Shown: one piece after another, positions 10,095 through 18,756 of the stretch
Numbering within the stretch: the stretch's first letter is position 1
Layout: every line of letters begins with the position of its first letter
Virus record (IMG/VR): IMGVR_UViG_3300040807_001487
Location: 285 to 64,284 of that record
Origin: a virus
Lineage: Duplodnaviria > Caudoviricetes
DNA: 64,000 nucleotides
Reading direction: 5' to 3' (one strand)
Translations under genes and position numbers: made by a program
Notes under the pieces: generated by a model
Told to the model about the DNA's origin: nothing
Databases searched by the model: none
What the model saw: only the letters and a program-made list of their open reading frames with translations

Positions 10095-10946
10095 ATGGAA
10101 AAATTATTAACAATAGGAATGGCAACATATGATGATTTCGACGGTGTGTACTTTTCGGTACAAGCGTTGAGGCTATATCATGAAATATGCAAATCTAATG
10201 AAGTGGAAATTGTTGTTGTTGATAACAACCCACAGGGCCAACATGGTAAATCTCTTAATTCTTTTAAAAATTGGGTTCCTAATATAAGGTACGTACCATT
10301 CACCAACAAGAAAAGTACAGCGGTAAGAAATGAAATATTCAAAAATGCAAACGGTAAATATACCATATCAATGGATTGCCATGTTTTATTTCTACCAAAT
10401 GCTATAGATTCTCTGTTAGAATATTATTCAAAGAACCCAGACTGTAAAAATTTAGTTCAAGGACCAATGATTTATGATAATCTCACTGAATACGCAACGC
10501 ATTTTAAGCCAACTTGGGGTGGTGATATGTATGGGCAGTGGGGAACGGACAAGGAAAAGTGTGAAAAGGGAGAACCTTTTGACATACCAATGATGGGACT
10601 TGGAACATTTTCTTGCGAAACCAAAAACTGGCTTGGGTTTAACGAAGCCTTTAAAGGTTTTGGTGGAGAAGAAGGTTATATACATGAAAAATTTAGGATC
10701 AACGGAGGAAGATCTTTGTGTCTACCATCGTTTAAGTGGATACATAGATTTGAAAGACCAAACGGTGTAAAATACCCACTGGCCTTAGAGGATAGAGTGT
10801 GGAATTATTTTGTTGGATGGCTAGAGCTACACAAAGATCCAGAACACGAAATGGTAAAACAAATATATTCGTGGTTCAGCAATAGACTGCCACCAACAGT
10901 AATAGATAAAATTTTCGAAGGTGCTAAACAGCAAACAAACCTATAA
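10095..10946 (+). CDS. GT-A glycosyltransferase resembling the polypeptide GalNAc-transferase catalytic domain
   Basis: VVVDN, DxH motif (MDCHV), and PMMGLGTFS...GFGGEE...GG...HRF. Confidence 0.8.
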   Translation: MEKLLTIGMATYDDFDGVYFSVQALRLYHEICKSNEVEIVVVDNNPQGQHGKSLNSFKNWVPNIRYVPFTNKKSTAVRNEIFKNANGKYTISMDCHVLFLPNAIDSLLEYYSKNPDCKNLVQGPMIYDNLTEYATHFKPTWGGDMYGQWGTDKEKCEKGEPFDIPMMGLGTFSCETKNWLGFNEAFKGFGGEEGYIHEKFRINGGRSLCLPSFKWIHRFERPNGVKYPLALEDRVWNYFVGWLELHKDPEHEMVKQIYSWFSNRLPPTVIDKIFEGAKQQTNL

Positions 10947-10960
10947 CAAAGGAGATACTG

Positions 10961-11812
10961 ATGCCCATTCCATCGCGAAAAGACGGCGAAGATAGAAAAG
11001 CCTTTTTGTCAAGATGTATGTCTGACAACAAAATGCAAGAAGAATACAAAGACAACAAACAAAGAGTTGCTGTTTGCTTAAGTAAAGCAAGCGAGGGGCT
11101 AGACGTAATTGGACAAACTGATTTTAAGTTTTACTTTGAAGAGTATGGATCAGAAGAAGAGTTAAATGAAAACAACTTTTATTGCCCAACAGAAGCAGAA
11201 TATGAAGACTTTGGTGAAGAAACAGAGGAATGGGATATTTCTGTTGCCAAGCCGGGACTTTGGGAAAACATTAGAAAGAAAAAAGAACGAGAAGGTAAAA
11301 ACTATAAGCCAGCAAAGAAGGGCGATCCAGATCGTCCAGACCCAGAAGCTTGGAAAAAGGCACAATCCCTTTGGGAGAAAACGGTATCTGAATATGAAGA
11401 AGGTCAGATGCAGAGAGAACAATTAATGAAGATGAATGAGCAACTTTCTGAAATAGCGAGTATGCTAGAAGGTGTAGAATTTGAAGATTGGACAAAGGAT
11501 ATGATTTCTAAATCAGAGATTTATATTCAGAATATTTATGACTTCGTAGAAGCTCACAAGGGTTATGCAGCAGAATATCAGGGTAGAAAAGTACAGCTTG
11601 GCAAACCATTTAGAACGCCAAAGGGTCCAAAGAAGTTTAGCGTCTACGTTAAGAATGATAAAGGTAACGTAGTAAAGGTAAACTTTGGTGATCCGAATAT
11701 GAAGATCAAGAAAAATATTCCAGAAAGAAGAAAGAGCTTTCGTGCCAGACATAATTGCGATAACCCCGGACCGCGATGGAAAGCAAGGTACTGGTCATGT
11801 CGAGCTTGGTAA
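10961..11812 (+). CDS. Modular protein built from short motifs that recur in large-phage proteins (possible internal head protein)
   Basis: Strong AAGGAG SD. Modules MPIPS..FLSRCM, KPGLWENIRKK, EEGQM..QL..W..ISKS..YI, and GKPFRTP..KKFSVYVK..VNFGD..RRKSFRARHNC..YWSC. Confidence 0.6.
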   Translation: MPIPSRKDGEDRKAFLSRCMSDNKMQEEYKDNKQRVAVCLSKASEGLDVIGQTDFKFYFEEYGSEEELNENNFYCPTEAEYEDFGEETEEWDISVAKPGLWENIRKKKEREGKNYKPAKKGDPDRPDPEAWKKAQSLWEKTVSEYEEGQMQREQLMKMNEQLSEIASMLEGVEFEDWTKDMISKSEIYIQNIYDFVEAHKGYAAEYQGRKVQLGKPFRTPKGPKKFSVYVKNDKGNVVKVNFGDPNMKIKKNIPERRKSFRARHNCDNPGPRWKARYWSCRAW

Positions 11813-12021
11813 AAAAAGGGAAAGAACACTTAACAGAAAATAAGATGACCTACTGTGAACATTGGCGGTTCGCAGTGGGTCATGGGTTGGGGTGCATTAA
11901 AGCCGGTTTATATCTATGTATACATGGATTTTTACCATGCTTCTATCGTCACGCTGGAAGCAAACTTGTTCATAGACTAGAAAAAGATTTTGTAGAGAGA
12001 GAAAATGAGCTTAATAAATAG
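11797..12021 (+). CDS. Small protein, DUF6356-like
   Basis: HLTENKMTYCEHWRFA...IHGFLP pattern; in-frame ATG at 11797. Confidence 0.55.
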   Translation: MSSLVKKGKEHLTENKMTYCEHWRFAVGHGLGCIKAGLYLCIHGFLPCFYRHAGSKLVHRLEKDFVERENELNK

Positions 12022-12694
12022 AGTAGATGCTATTATAGGTAAAAAAGATATTGACAAGGTTTCATACCTTGAAAATAAAGTTTCATACGACGATGAATTA
12101 TCTATCTTGGATATAGATATCAAAACCATTTTACCTGAACCCCCAAAAAATAGCAGTCAGAAAACAAGAAAAGAATTAGAGCTAATCTCTGAAATGACTG
12201 AATCTAGGACGAGAAAAGAATTAGACCTAATCTATATAGTAGATAACGAACCGCTTGAACTATTTGAAAACTTTCTTCAAGCAAAAAATTTGCCATTTCC
12301 ACACATAACTTTTATTGATTACTATAATGTGCTAGAACAATATATCTATGCACTAAAATATTATTTCAATAGAGCTAGACCAGAACAAGTAGCCCCATAT
12401 TACAATCTAGATATAGATATCTTGTACACGGATACTCATCAAACTCCATCTTATCCAAGTGGGCATACTATGTATTCTGAACTTGCCGCGCACATTGCGT
12501 CTGAGAAATATCCAGAATACAAAGAAGACTTTTTTGAGTTGTCAAACTATTGTGGACTTGGTAGAATACTACAGGGTGTACATTATCCATCTGACAACGC
12601 CGCTAGCAGATTAGCTGTAAGTAAATTGTATCCATTGATAAAGGATTATTTAAATGAGCAAAACGGAGCCAATAAAACGCCCACTGACAGATAA
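12005..12694 (+). CDS. PAP2/haloperoxidase-superfamily phosphatase (soluble)
   Basis: All three motifs present: K-x6-RP (KYYFNRARP), PSGH, and R-x5-H-x3-D (RILQGVHYPSD). Confidence 0.9.
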   Translation: MSLINRVDAIIGKKDIDKVSYLENKVSYDDELSILDIDIKTILPEPPKNSSQKTRKELELISEMTESRTRKELDLIYIVDNEPLELFENFLQAKNLPFPHITFIDYYNVLEQYIYALKYYFNRARPEQVAPYYNLDIDILYTDTHQTPSYPSGHTMYSELAAHIASEKYPEYKEDFFELSNYCGLGRILQGVHYPSDNAASRLAVSKLYPLIKDYLNEQNGANKTPTDR

Positions 12695-12737
12695 CCCAAG
12701 ACCAAGCACGAAAGAGCCAAAAAAAAGGCCACTATAA
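12654..12737 (+). CDS. 27-aa Lys/Pro-rich peptide
   Basis: AAGGA SD at 12641. MSKTEPIKRPLTDNPRPSTKEPKKRPL* fills the gap before 12743. Confidence 0.35.
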   Translation: MSKTEPIKRPLTDNPRPSTKEPKKRPL

Positions 12738-12742
12738 ACTAA

Positions 12743-13252
12743 ATGAAAACATTTCTAGTTGTAGGCTTGGAAAGCTCTTGCACAAAATTTGTTTCAAATT
12801 TGCTAGCATTAAATTTGAATATTATTGATAAACCATTAATACGTTGGGACGGAAATGCCCCAATTGAAAATAATCAGTACAAGGTAGTACATAGAAGTTT
12901 GCCACATTGGCAAAGAGAAAATTTTATTTCTTTAGAATATGCATCGTCATTTGATAATATAATAATTTGCACTAGAGATTTTTATTGCTCACTGATAAGT
13001 AAAAATAAGATACACCAGCTAGACAAAGAAAAAGCCAAGTTAGAGCATGAGCGAGGCGTCTTATTGCTAAAAGAAATATTTAATTCACTAGAAGATAGGG
13101 TTACAATATTTTCATATGAGTCATCATTCTTGCTTGGCGACTCCTATGTTAAAAAATTTTTACGCAAATTTCAAATCAATAACTATAACAAAGTGGAAAT
13201 TCTGGACATTAACAGAAAGTATTTAATAAATGAATCACATATTTCAAAATAA
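12743..13252 (+). CDS. Sulfotransferase-like P-loop protein
   Basis: N-terminal FLVVGLESSCTKFVSNLL resembles the PAPS-binding loop; also IIICTRD and SYE. Confidence 0.5.
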   Translation: MKTFLVVGLESSCTKFVSNLLALNLNIIDKPLIRWDGNAPIENNQYKVVHRSLPHWQRENFISLEYASSFDNIIICTRDFYCSLISKNKIHQLDKEKAKLEHERGVLLLKEIFNSLEDRVTIFSYESSFLLGDSYVKKFLRKFQINNYNKVEILDINRKYLINESHISK

Positions 13253-13793
13253 TAACTTTGGTGAAAATTGGTTTAGTTATCCTAAACTATATACTGATTT
13301 TGTTAAAATCGCTGCCGACAACTCAAAAATAGTGGAGGTAGGATGTTGGAAGGGAAAAAGTGCCGCCTACATGGCTGTAGAGATTATTAATTCAAAGAAA
13401 AAAATAGACTTCTATTGCGTTGATACTTGGCTGGGTTCAGATGAACATCAATCTGATAAATATGTAAAAACAAATTCCCTATACAATCTTTTTCTATCTA
13501 ACATTGAACCAGTAAAACATGTTATTCATCCAATTAGAAAAAATTCTATAGAAGCATCAAAAACATTTGAAGACTGTAGTTTAGATATAGTTTTTATAGA
13601 TGCTAACCATTCATACGAAGCCGTAAAAGAAGATATATTACATTGGATGCCAAAAATAAAGAAAAATGGAATAATGGCTGGACACGATTATCATCCAACT
13701 TGGTCTGGTGTAATTCAAGCCGTAAATGAAGTTATAGGTAAAGATAAAATTGAACAAAGAGATGGGTGCTGGGTTTTATGGAAAAAACAATAA
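13230..13793 (+). CDS. Class I SAM-dependent methyltransferase (Methyltransf_24-like, sugar O-methyltransferase type)
   Basis: VEVGCWKGKS, VDTW, IVFIDANHSYEAVKEDI and AGHDY. Confidence 0.85.
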   Translation: MNHIFQNNNFGENWFSYPKLYTDFVKIAADNSKIVEVGCWKGKSAAYMAVEIINSKKKIDFYCVDTWLGSDEHQSDKYVKTNSLYNLFLSNIEPVKHVIHPIRKNSIEASKTFEDCSLDIVFIDANHSYEAVKEDILHWMPKIKKNGIMAGHDYHPTWSGVIQAVNEVIGKDKIEQRDGCWVLWKKQ

Positions 13794-14500
13794 CTATATC
13801 CTTATATAATAGGCCAGATTATACCAGAAGAACACTTGAATATCTTTTCAGCTGCCATGGAGTTGAAGATTATGATGTTTCTATTTTTATCGAACCAGTT
13901 AGACAAGAAGTAATTAATATAGCAGTTGATTATTCAAAAAAATTCAAAAACATAAATGTGTTTGTTAATAAAATAAGATTAGGGTGTAGTCGGAATATAT
14001 TTCAATCATTGAGCTATGCATTTGATAAATTACACAGCAGCTTCAATATACACGTTGAAGACGACGTATTACTAGGAAAAGATGCTCTGAATTATTTTGA
14101 TTGGTGTAACCAAACTTATTACAAAGACGATGATGTATTTACTGTTTCATCTTACGAAAGATCACAAATAGAAGACAAAGATCAAACAAATTTAGTAAAA
14201 AGACATTGCTGGTTTATCCCTTGGGGCTGGGCAACTTGGTCTAACAGGTGGCAGGGTGGTTTTAAGAAAGAATTATTGGATAAAATTTCTCAAAAACAAT
14301 ACGAAAGCTGGGATTGTCACACTAATAAAATTAGAAATGGTAGATATGAGATTAGACCAGTAATTGCAAGATCTCAAAACATAGGAGCAGAGGGTGGAAT
14401 TCATGTTCCAAGCGCTGCATGGCATAAAAAAAATCAGTATAATGACTATTGGATAGAAAGTATTGGTGAATACGTAACACATTTTGAAGAATTAATTTGA
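13778..14500 (+). CDS. GT-A glycosyltransferase, GnT-I (GT13)-like
   Basis: YNRPDY, HVEDDV, FIPWGWATW, WD and EIRPVIARSQNIG; in-frame ATG at 13778. Confidence 0.75.
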   Translation: MEKTITISLYNRPDYTRRTLEYLFSCHGVEDYDVSIFIEPVRQEVINIAVDYSKKFKNINVFVNKIRLGCSRNIFQSLSYAFDKLHSSFNIHVEDDVLLGKDALNYFDWCNQTYYKDDDVFTVSSYERSQIEDKDQTNLVKRHCWFIPWGWATWSNRWQGGFKKELLDKISQKQYESWDCHTNKIRNGRYEIRPVIARSQNIGAEGGIHVPSAAWHKKNQYNDYWIESIGEYVTHFEELI

Positions 14501-14511
14501 AAGGAAATACT

Positions 14512-16071
14512 TTGAACTGGTATCCATTGCATAATTTTACACATTACAGTTTGCTTAAAGGATTCTCAAAACCATCTGAACTTGCTAAGATCTGTGCTGA
14601 TAATGATTATCCAGCATGTGGTATTGCAGATTACAAATCTATCTCTGGTTGCGTATCTTTTTTTCAGGCTTGCAAGAAGGTTGGTGTTAAGCCAATCCTT
14701 GGCTGCTCCTTTGATAACACTACAGTTTTTGCTAGAAATAAAAATGGCTGGTTTGACTTAATAGAAATGGTGTCATCTCTAGATGAAGATGGAAATGTTA
14801 ATACAAAATTCTGTCAAGAGATTATGTCGAGAGATAATCTTACGGCCATAAGTAAAGACGTTAAGCCAAGCTACTATGTTGACTCTAATCAGGCTGGCTT
14901 ACATAGGGTGTTGTTATGTTCAGCATTAAAAACCACGCTGCCCAAAATACAGAAACAGCTTCGCAAGAACGAACTGGACGGGGCCGTTTCGCAATACTTT
15001 ACACATGATGACAAATGCATACAACCTGTCTCAATAACAAAAGAATTGCAACATATCTATGAAGTCTGTGAAGATTATGATATACTTAGTGGCCCAATGC
15101 TGCCAAAGTTTGACTGCCCAAACGGCTTATCAGAAGAAGAATACCTGAAAGTTCTGGCTAGAGAAGGTTGGAAAAAACACCTTATTGATACTGGTAAGGT
15201 GAAAAAGCCAGAAGACAAGCAGAAATATCTAGATAGATTTAATACAGAACTACAAGTCATTAAGGATGCTAATCTATTCGGCTACTTCTTGATTGTTCAA
15301 GATATAATTAGATACGTTAATGAGTCTGGATGGATGAGTGGACCGGGACGAGGATCTGCTGCTGGGTGCTTGATATCATACCTAATTGGCATTACTCAAA
15401 TTGATCCAGTAGAATATGATTTACTATTCGAAAGATTTTATAACGCTGGTAGAAATACTGGTGGTAATATATCGTTGCCAGATATTGACATGGACGTTCC
15501 CGGAAAGAAACGGGATGGTGTTATTGACTATCTAAAAGATAAATACGGCAAAGATCACGTTAGCCAAATGATTACGTTTGGTAGACTTCAAGGTAGAAGC
15601 GCAATAAAAGAAGTTCTTCGGGTAAACGATGCTTGTTCTTTTAGCGAGATGAATGCTATAACAAAGAGTATTCCAAACGAAGCTGACATTTCAGATCAAC
15701 TGGCAGATATGGACGATGAAGATAGGTCTATTATTCGTTGGTCGTTATTGAATCGTGCTGACGAGTTGAGAGATTTTTGTCACATTCTGGAAAATGGAAA
15801 ACTAGAAGGTGATTATGCACAATATTTCCAACAAGCTATAGATATTGAAGGAACTTTTAAAACACAGGGCAAACATGCTGCTGGTGTTGTGATTTCTAAA
15901 GAACCGCTTCACACCGTGTGTCCTATGGTAAAACAGAAAGGATCAACTGAAAAGATCGCTGGATTGGAAATGGCAGATCTAGAAGCGCTAGGTCATGTAA
16001 AATTTGACGTTCTAGGTATTAATCTCCTAGACAAACTTATGAAAATAAAGGAATTAACTAATGGCAAATAG
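14512..16071 (+). CDS. dnaE: DNA polymerase III alpha, N-terminal chain (degenerate PHP + palm/thumb)
   Basis: HYSLLKG, GPGRGSAAG, LLFERF, PDIDMD, HAAGVVI and KFDVLG. Probable TTG start at 14512 behind AAGGA. Confidence 0.93.
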   Translation: MNWYPLHNFTHYSLLKGFSKPSELAKICADNDYPACGIADYKSISGCVSFFQACKKVGVKPILGCSFDNTTVFARNKNGWFDLIEMVSSLDEDGNVNTKFCQEIMSRDNLTAISKDVKPSYYVDSNQAGLHRVLLCSALKTTLPKIQKQLRKNELDGAVSQYFTHDDKCIQPVSITKELQHIYEVCEDYDILSGPMLPKFDCPNGLSEEEYLKVLAREGWKKHLIDTGKVKKPEDKQKYLDRFNTELQVIKDANLFGYFLIVQDIIRYVNESGWMSGPGRGSAAGCLISYLIGITQIDPVEYDLLFERFYNAGRNTGGNISLPDIDMDVPGKKRDGVIDYLKDKYGKDHVSQMITFGRLQGRSAIKEVLRVNDACSFSEMNAITKSIPNEADISDQLADMDDEDRSIIRWSLLNRADELRDFCHILENGKLEGDYAQYFQQAIDIEGTFKTQGKHAAGVVISKEPLHTVCPMVKQKGSTEKIAGLEMADLEALGHVKFDVLGINLLDKLMKIKELTNGK

Positions 16072-16741
16072 AGACTATATTGTATTTGACTTTGAAACTG
16101 GATCTCGTAATCCTCACAAGACTCAGCCAACACAAATTGCTGCTGTTGCTCTGGATGGTAGAAACTTATCGCTAAAAGGAACTTTTAATAGCGAAATAAA
16201 GCCCATACTGGACGACGACGAAGCTATTGCTACTGGGGTAGATCCAATAGAAGAAGGCGCACTGAGGGTCACTGGAAAGACCAGAGAGGCTTTAGCACAA
16301 GCACCGTCACTTAAGTCTGTATGGACTAAGTTTTGTAAATTTGTTGATCAATACAACTGGAAGGGTGAACCTTTCTTTGCACCAATCCCAGTTGGTTATA
16401 ATATCATCGGTTTTGATATGCCAATTATTAACAGGATGTGCGAACAGTTTGGACCGTGGGATAAATCAAGATCACAACAGAAATTGTTTAGTAAGGTATA
16501 TAAAGTAGATTTGATGGACAACATCTTTATGTGGACCGAGGGTGATCCTAGCTTTAAATCTATCAGCATGGATTCATTACGTGAACGTATGGGTCTTAGC
16601 GGAGAAAATGCACACGACGCCTTGCAAGATGTCAAGGACACTGCTAATATCTTCATAAAGATGCTCAAGACTCATCGAGCAGTATATCAGAATATTGAAT
16701 TTGACAAGGCGTTTGCAAACGGAGGATTGTATGTCAAATAA
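16061..16741 (+). CDS. dnaQ: DEDDh 3'-5' exonuclease (DnaQ/epsilon-like)
   Basis: VFDFETG, GYNIIGFD and AHDALQDV. Confidence 0.88.
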   Translation: MANRDYIVFDFETGSRNPHKTQPTQIAAVALDGRNLSLKGTFNSEIKPILDDDEAIATGVDPIEEGALRVTGKTREALAQAPSLKSVWTKFCKFVDQYNWKGEPFFAPIPVGYNIIGFDMPIINRMCEQFGPWDKSRSQQKLFSKVYKVDLMDNIFMWTEGDPSFKSISMDSLRERMGLSGENAHDALQDVKDTANIFIKMLKTHRAVYQNIEFDKAFANGGLYVK

Positions 16742-17165
16742 TCAACTTATGTTTAATCTGTATTGCGAAGACGAAGTAATTTCCGCGATAGAAGAACAAG
16801 AAGAAACCAAGGTATGTAACAAATGTGGACTTGATTTACCAGTTTCTGAATTCAGTTTCCACAGCGCTAGCAATTATCTTAGACCAGAATGTAAGAAATG
16901 TAACAACATTTTAAGCAAAGAACGTAAGCGTCTAAGGGATGAGAATCCACCACCAGACGAAGACCACGTTTGCCCAATATGTCAAAGGTCTGGGAAGGAG
17001 TGCGCTGGCGAAGGAAATAGTAAGAATGGGCCTTGGGCTTTGGATCACTGTCATTCAACAAAAGAATTTAGGGGGTGGCTGTGCCATAAATGTAACAGGG
17101 CAATAGGTTGTTTTAATGATGATAAGGAGTTGCTATTAAGCGCATTGAAGTATTTGGAAGGTTGA
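16731..17165 (+). CDS. Endonuclease VII-family (His-Me finger) endonuclease, probably homing-type
   Basis: GGAGG SD with ATG at 16731. N-terminal CNKC...CKKC, then CPIC...LDHCH...RGWLCHKCNRAIG. Confidence 0.85.
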   Translation: MSNNQLMFNLYCEDEVISAIEEQEETKVCNKCGLDLPVSEFSFHSASNYLRPECKKCNNILSKERKRLRDENPPPDEDHVCPICQRSGKECAGEGNSKNGPWALDHCHSTKEFRGWLCHKCNRAIGCFNDDKELLLSALKYLEG

Positions 17166-17166
17166 A

Positions 17167-18726
17167 ATGAACTACAACGATAAGAAGACTTGGGCATTAT
17201 TTGCAGAAGGTAAAACTAAGGGTATATTTCAGCTAGAAAGTAATCTTGGTAAATCTTGGTCAAAGAAACTTGCGCCAAACAGTATTGAAGAACTGTCTGC
17301 GTTGATTGCCATTATTCGCCCCGGATGCCTAAAGGCATACGTGGATGGTAAATCTATGACTCAGCACTTCATTGACCGCAAACACGGTCGTGAGGACGTT
17401 ACATATTTACACGAATCGCTAGAAGAAATATTAGCACCAACATATGGCGTCCTTGTCTACCAAGAACAATCTATGCGTATTGCCCAAAAGATTGCTGGCT
17501 TTAATCTACAAGAGGCAGACGAGCTTCGTAAAGCCATTGGTAAAAAGAAAGCCGACCTTATGGCCAAGGTTAAAAAGAAATTCATAGCTGGAGCTAAAAA
17601 AGCTAAACTTGTTACAAAAGAAGAAGCAGAAGAAATCTTTGGGTGGATTCAAGCTTCGTCTAGATATGCATTTAACAAATCTCACAGTATTTCATACGCA
17701 GTATGCTCTTATTGGAGTGCGTATCAAAAGGCTCACAATCCAGAAGAATTCTTTTTGTCATATCTTTATTACGCCAACGAAAAACAAGATCCTCATCAAG
17801 AAGTGTACGAATTAATTTCAGAAGCAAAACTGTTTGACATTAAGGCAAGAACACCAAGTTTAGCAAACTATAGCGAAAAGTTTATTGCCAGAGGTGACAA
17901 GATTTACTTTGGAATCAAGGACATTAAATCACTTACTGGTAAAACTGGAAATAAAGTTACAGATGCAGTAAAAGAAGTTGAAGAAGAATTAAACAAGAAA
18001 ATGACAGAGTTTACTTGGTTAGAAATACTTCTGTTCTTTGCTCCGAAAATTAACTCAGTTGCATTTAAAGCTTTATCTTCCATTGGATTCTTTAGAGATT
18101 TTAAGGGGTCTGTTTCAAGAAACAAGGCTCTTTATGATTACGATATATACAGAACTTTGACAAGCGCAGAGCAGAAGTGGCTTATCAATCATTACGAAAC
18201 AAAGAAGTGGGAAGATCTTGTGTCCGCACTTCAAGATTTAGCTCCAACAAAAAAGGAGGGCGGTGGAACAACTAAGCAAGAAAGAAAACAGATAATAGAA
18301 AATGAAATCCAACTGTTAATTGAGCCTCCATACGACCTTGAAGATGAAGCTAGCTGGATTATTGATCAAGAAACCAAGTTCTTGGGATGCCCAATAACCA
18401 TTTCCAAAATAGAAACAGCAGACACTTCTTCAGCAAACACTACTTGCAAAGAGATAATTAACGGTAAACACGGTAACGACATTTGCGTTGTTGCAAATAT
18501 ACAAAGAATATCTGATTACAAGATTAAAAAGGGCGACTCTAAAGGCAAGATGATGTCATTCTTAACAATAGAAGATGACACATGTATACTTGATAGTGTT
18601 ATTATTTTCCCAAGCGTAAAGGAGAAATACAAGTATATATTGTACGAGGGAAATAATCTGATATTTTGCGGAAAAGTAGAGAAAAAGGACACATCCTTAA
18701 TTGTTGAAAAAATTCACGAAATTTAA
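17167..18726 (+). CDS. dnaE: DNA polymerase III alpha, C-terminal chain (fingers, HhH, OB)
   Basis: GIFQLES, IIRPG, TYGVLVYQEQ, ADELRKAIGKK, YAFNKSHS, IYFGIKDIK, and OB-fold MSFLTIED. Confidence 0.93.
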   Translation: MNYNDKKTWALFAEGKTKGIFQLESNLGKSWSKKLAPNSIEELSALIAIIRPGCLKAYVDGKSMTQHFIDRKHGREDVTYLHESLEEILAPTYGVLVYQEQSMRIAQKIAGFNLQEADELRKAIGKKKADLMAKVKKKFIAGAKKAKLVTKEEAEEIFGWIQASSRYAFNKSHSISYAVCSYWSAYQKAHNPEEFFLSYLYYANEKQDPHQEVYELISEAKLFDIKARTPSLANYSEKFIARGDKIYFGIKDIKSLTGKTGNKVTDAVKEVEEELNKKMTEFTWLEILLFFAPKINSVAFKALSSIGFFRDFKGSVSRNKALYDYDIYRTLTSAEQKWLINHYETKKWEDLVSALQDLAPTKKEGGGTTKQERKQIIENEIQLLIEPPYDLEDEASWIIDQETKFLGCPITISKIETADTSSANTTCKEIINGKHGNDICVVANIQRISDYKIKKGDSKGKMMSFLTIEDDTCILDSVIIFPSVKEKYKYILYEGNNLIFCGKVEKKDTSLIVEKIHEI

Positions 18727-18727
18727 G

Positions 18728-18756
18728 TTGTCTTGTGCGACTGTACAAGCTAATAT
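18728..18756 (+). promoter_or_regulatory. Possible sigma70-type promoter upstream of ssb
   Basis: TTGTCT-N17-TAATAT in one of the few intergenic gaps, followed by an AGGAG SD. The spacer contains the imperfect inverted repeat CTTGTGC-GACT-GTACAAG. Confidence 0.35.

Noticed and set aside
16050-16071. Programmed +1 frameshift fusing DnaE-N to DnaQ
   Set aside because: The 11-nt overlap is like other couplings in the operon. dnaQ has its own AAGGA SD and ATG, and no slippery site is evident.
16000-17200. Split intein or self-splicing intron joining the dnaE halves
   Set aside because: No Cys/Ser-initiated N-intein or HN-C/S/T C-intein ends. The interval is fully occupied by two ORFs with their own SD sequences.
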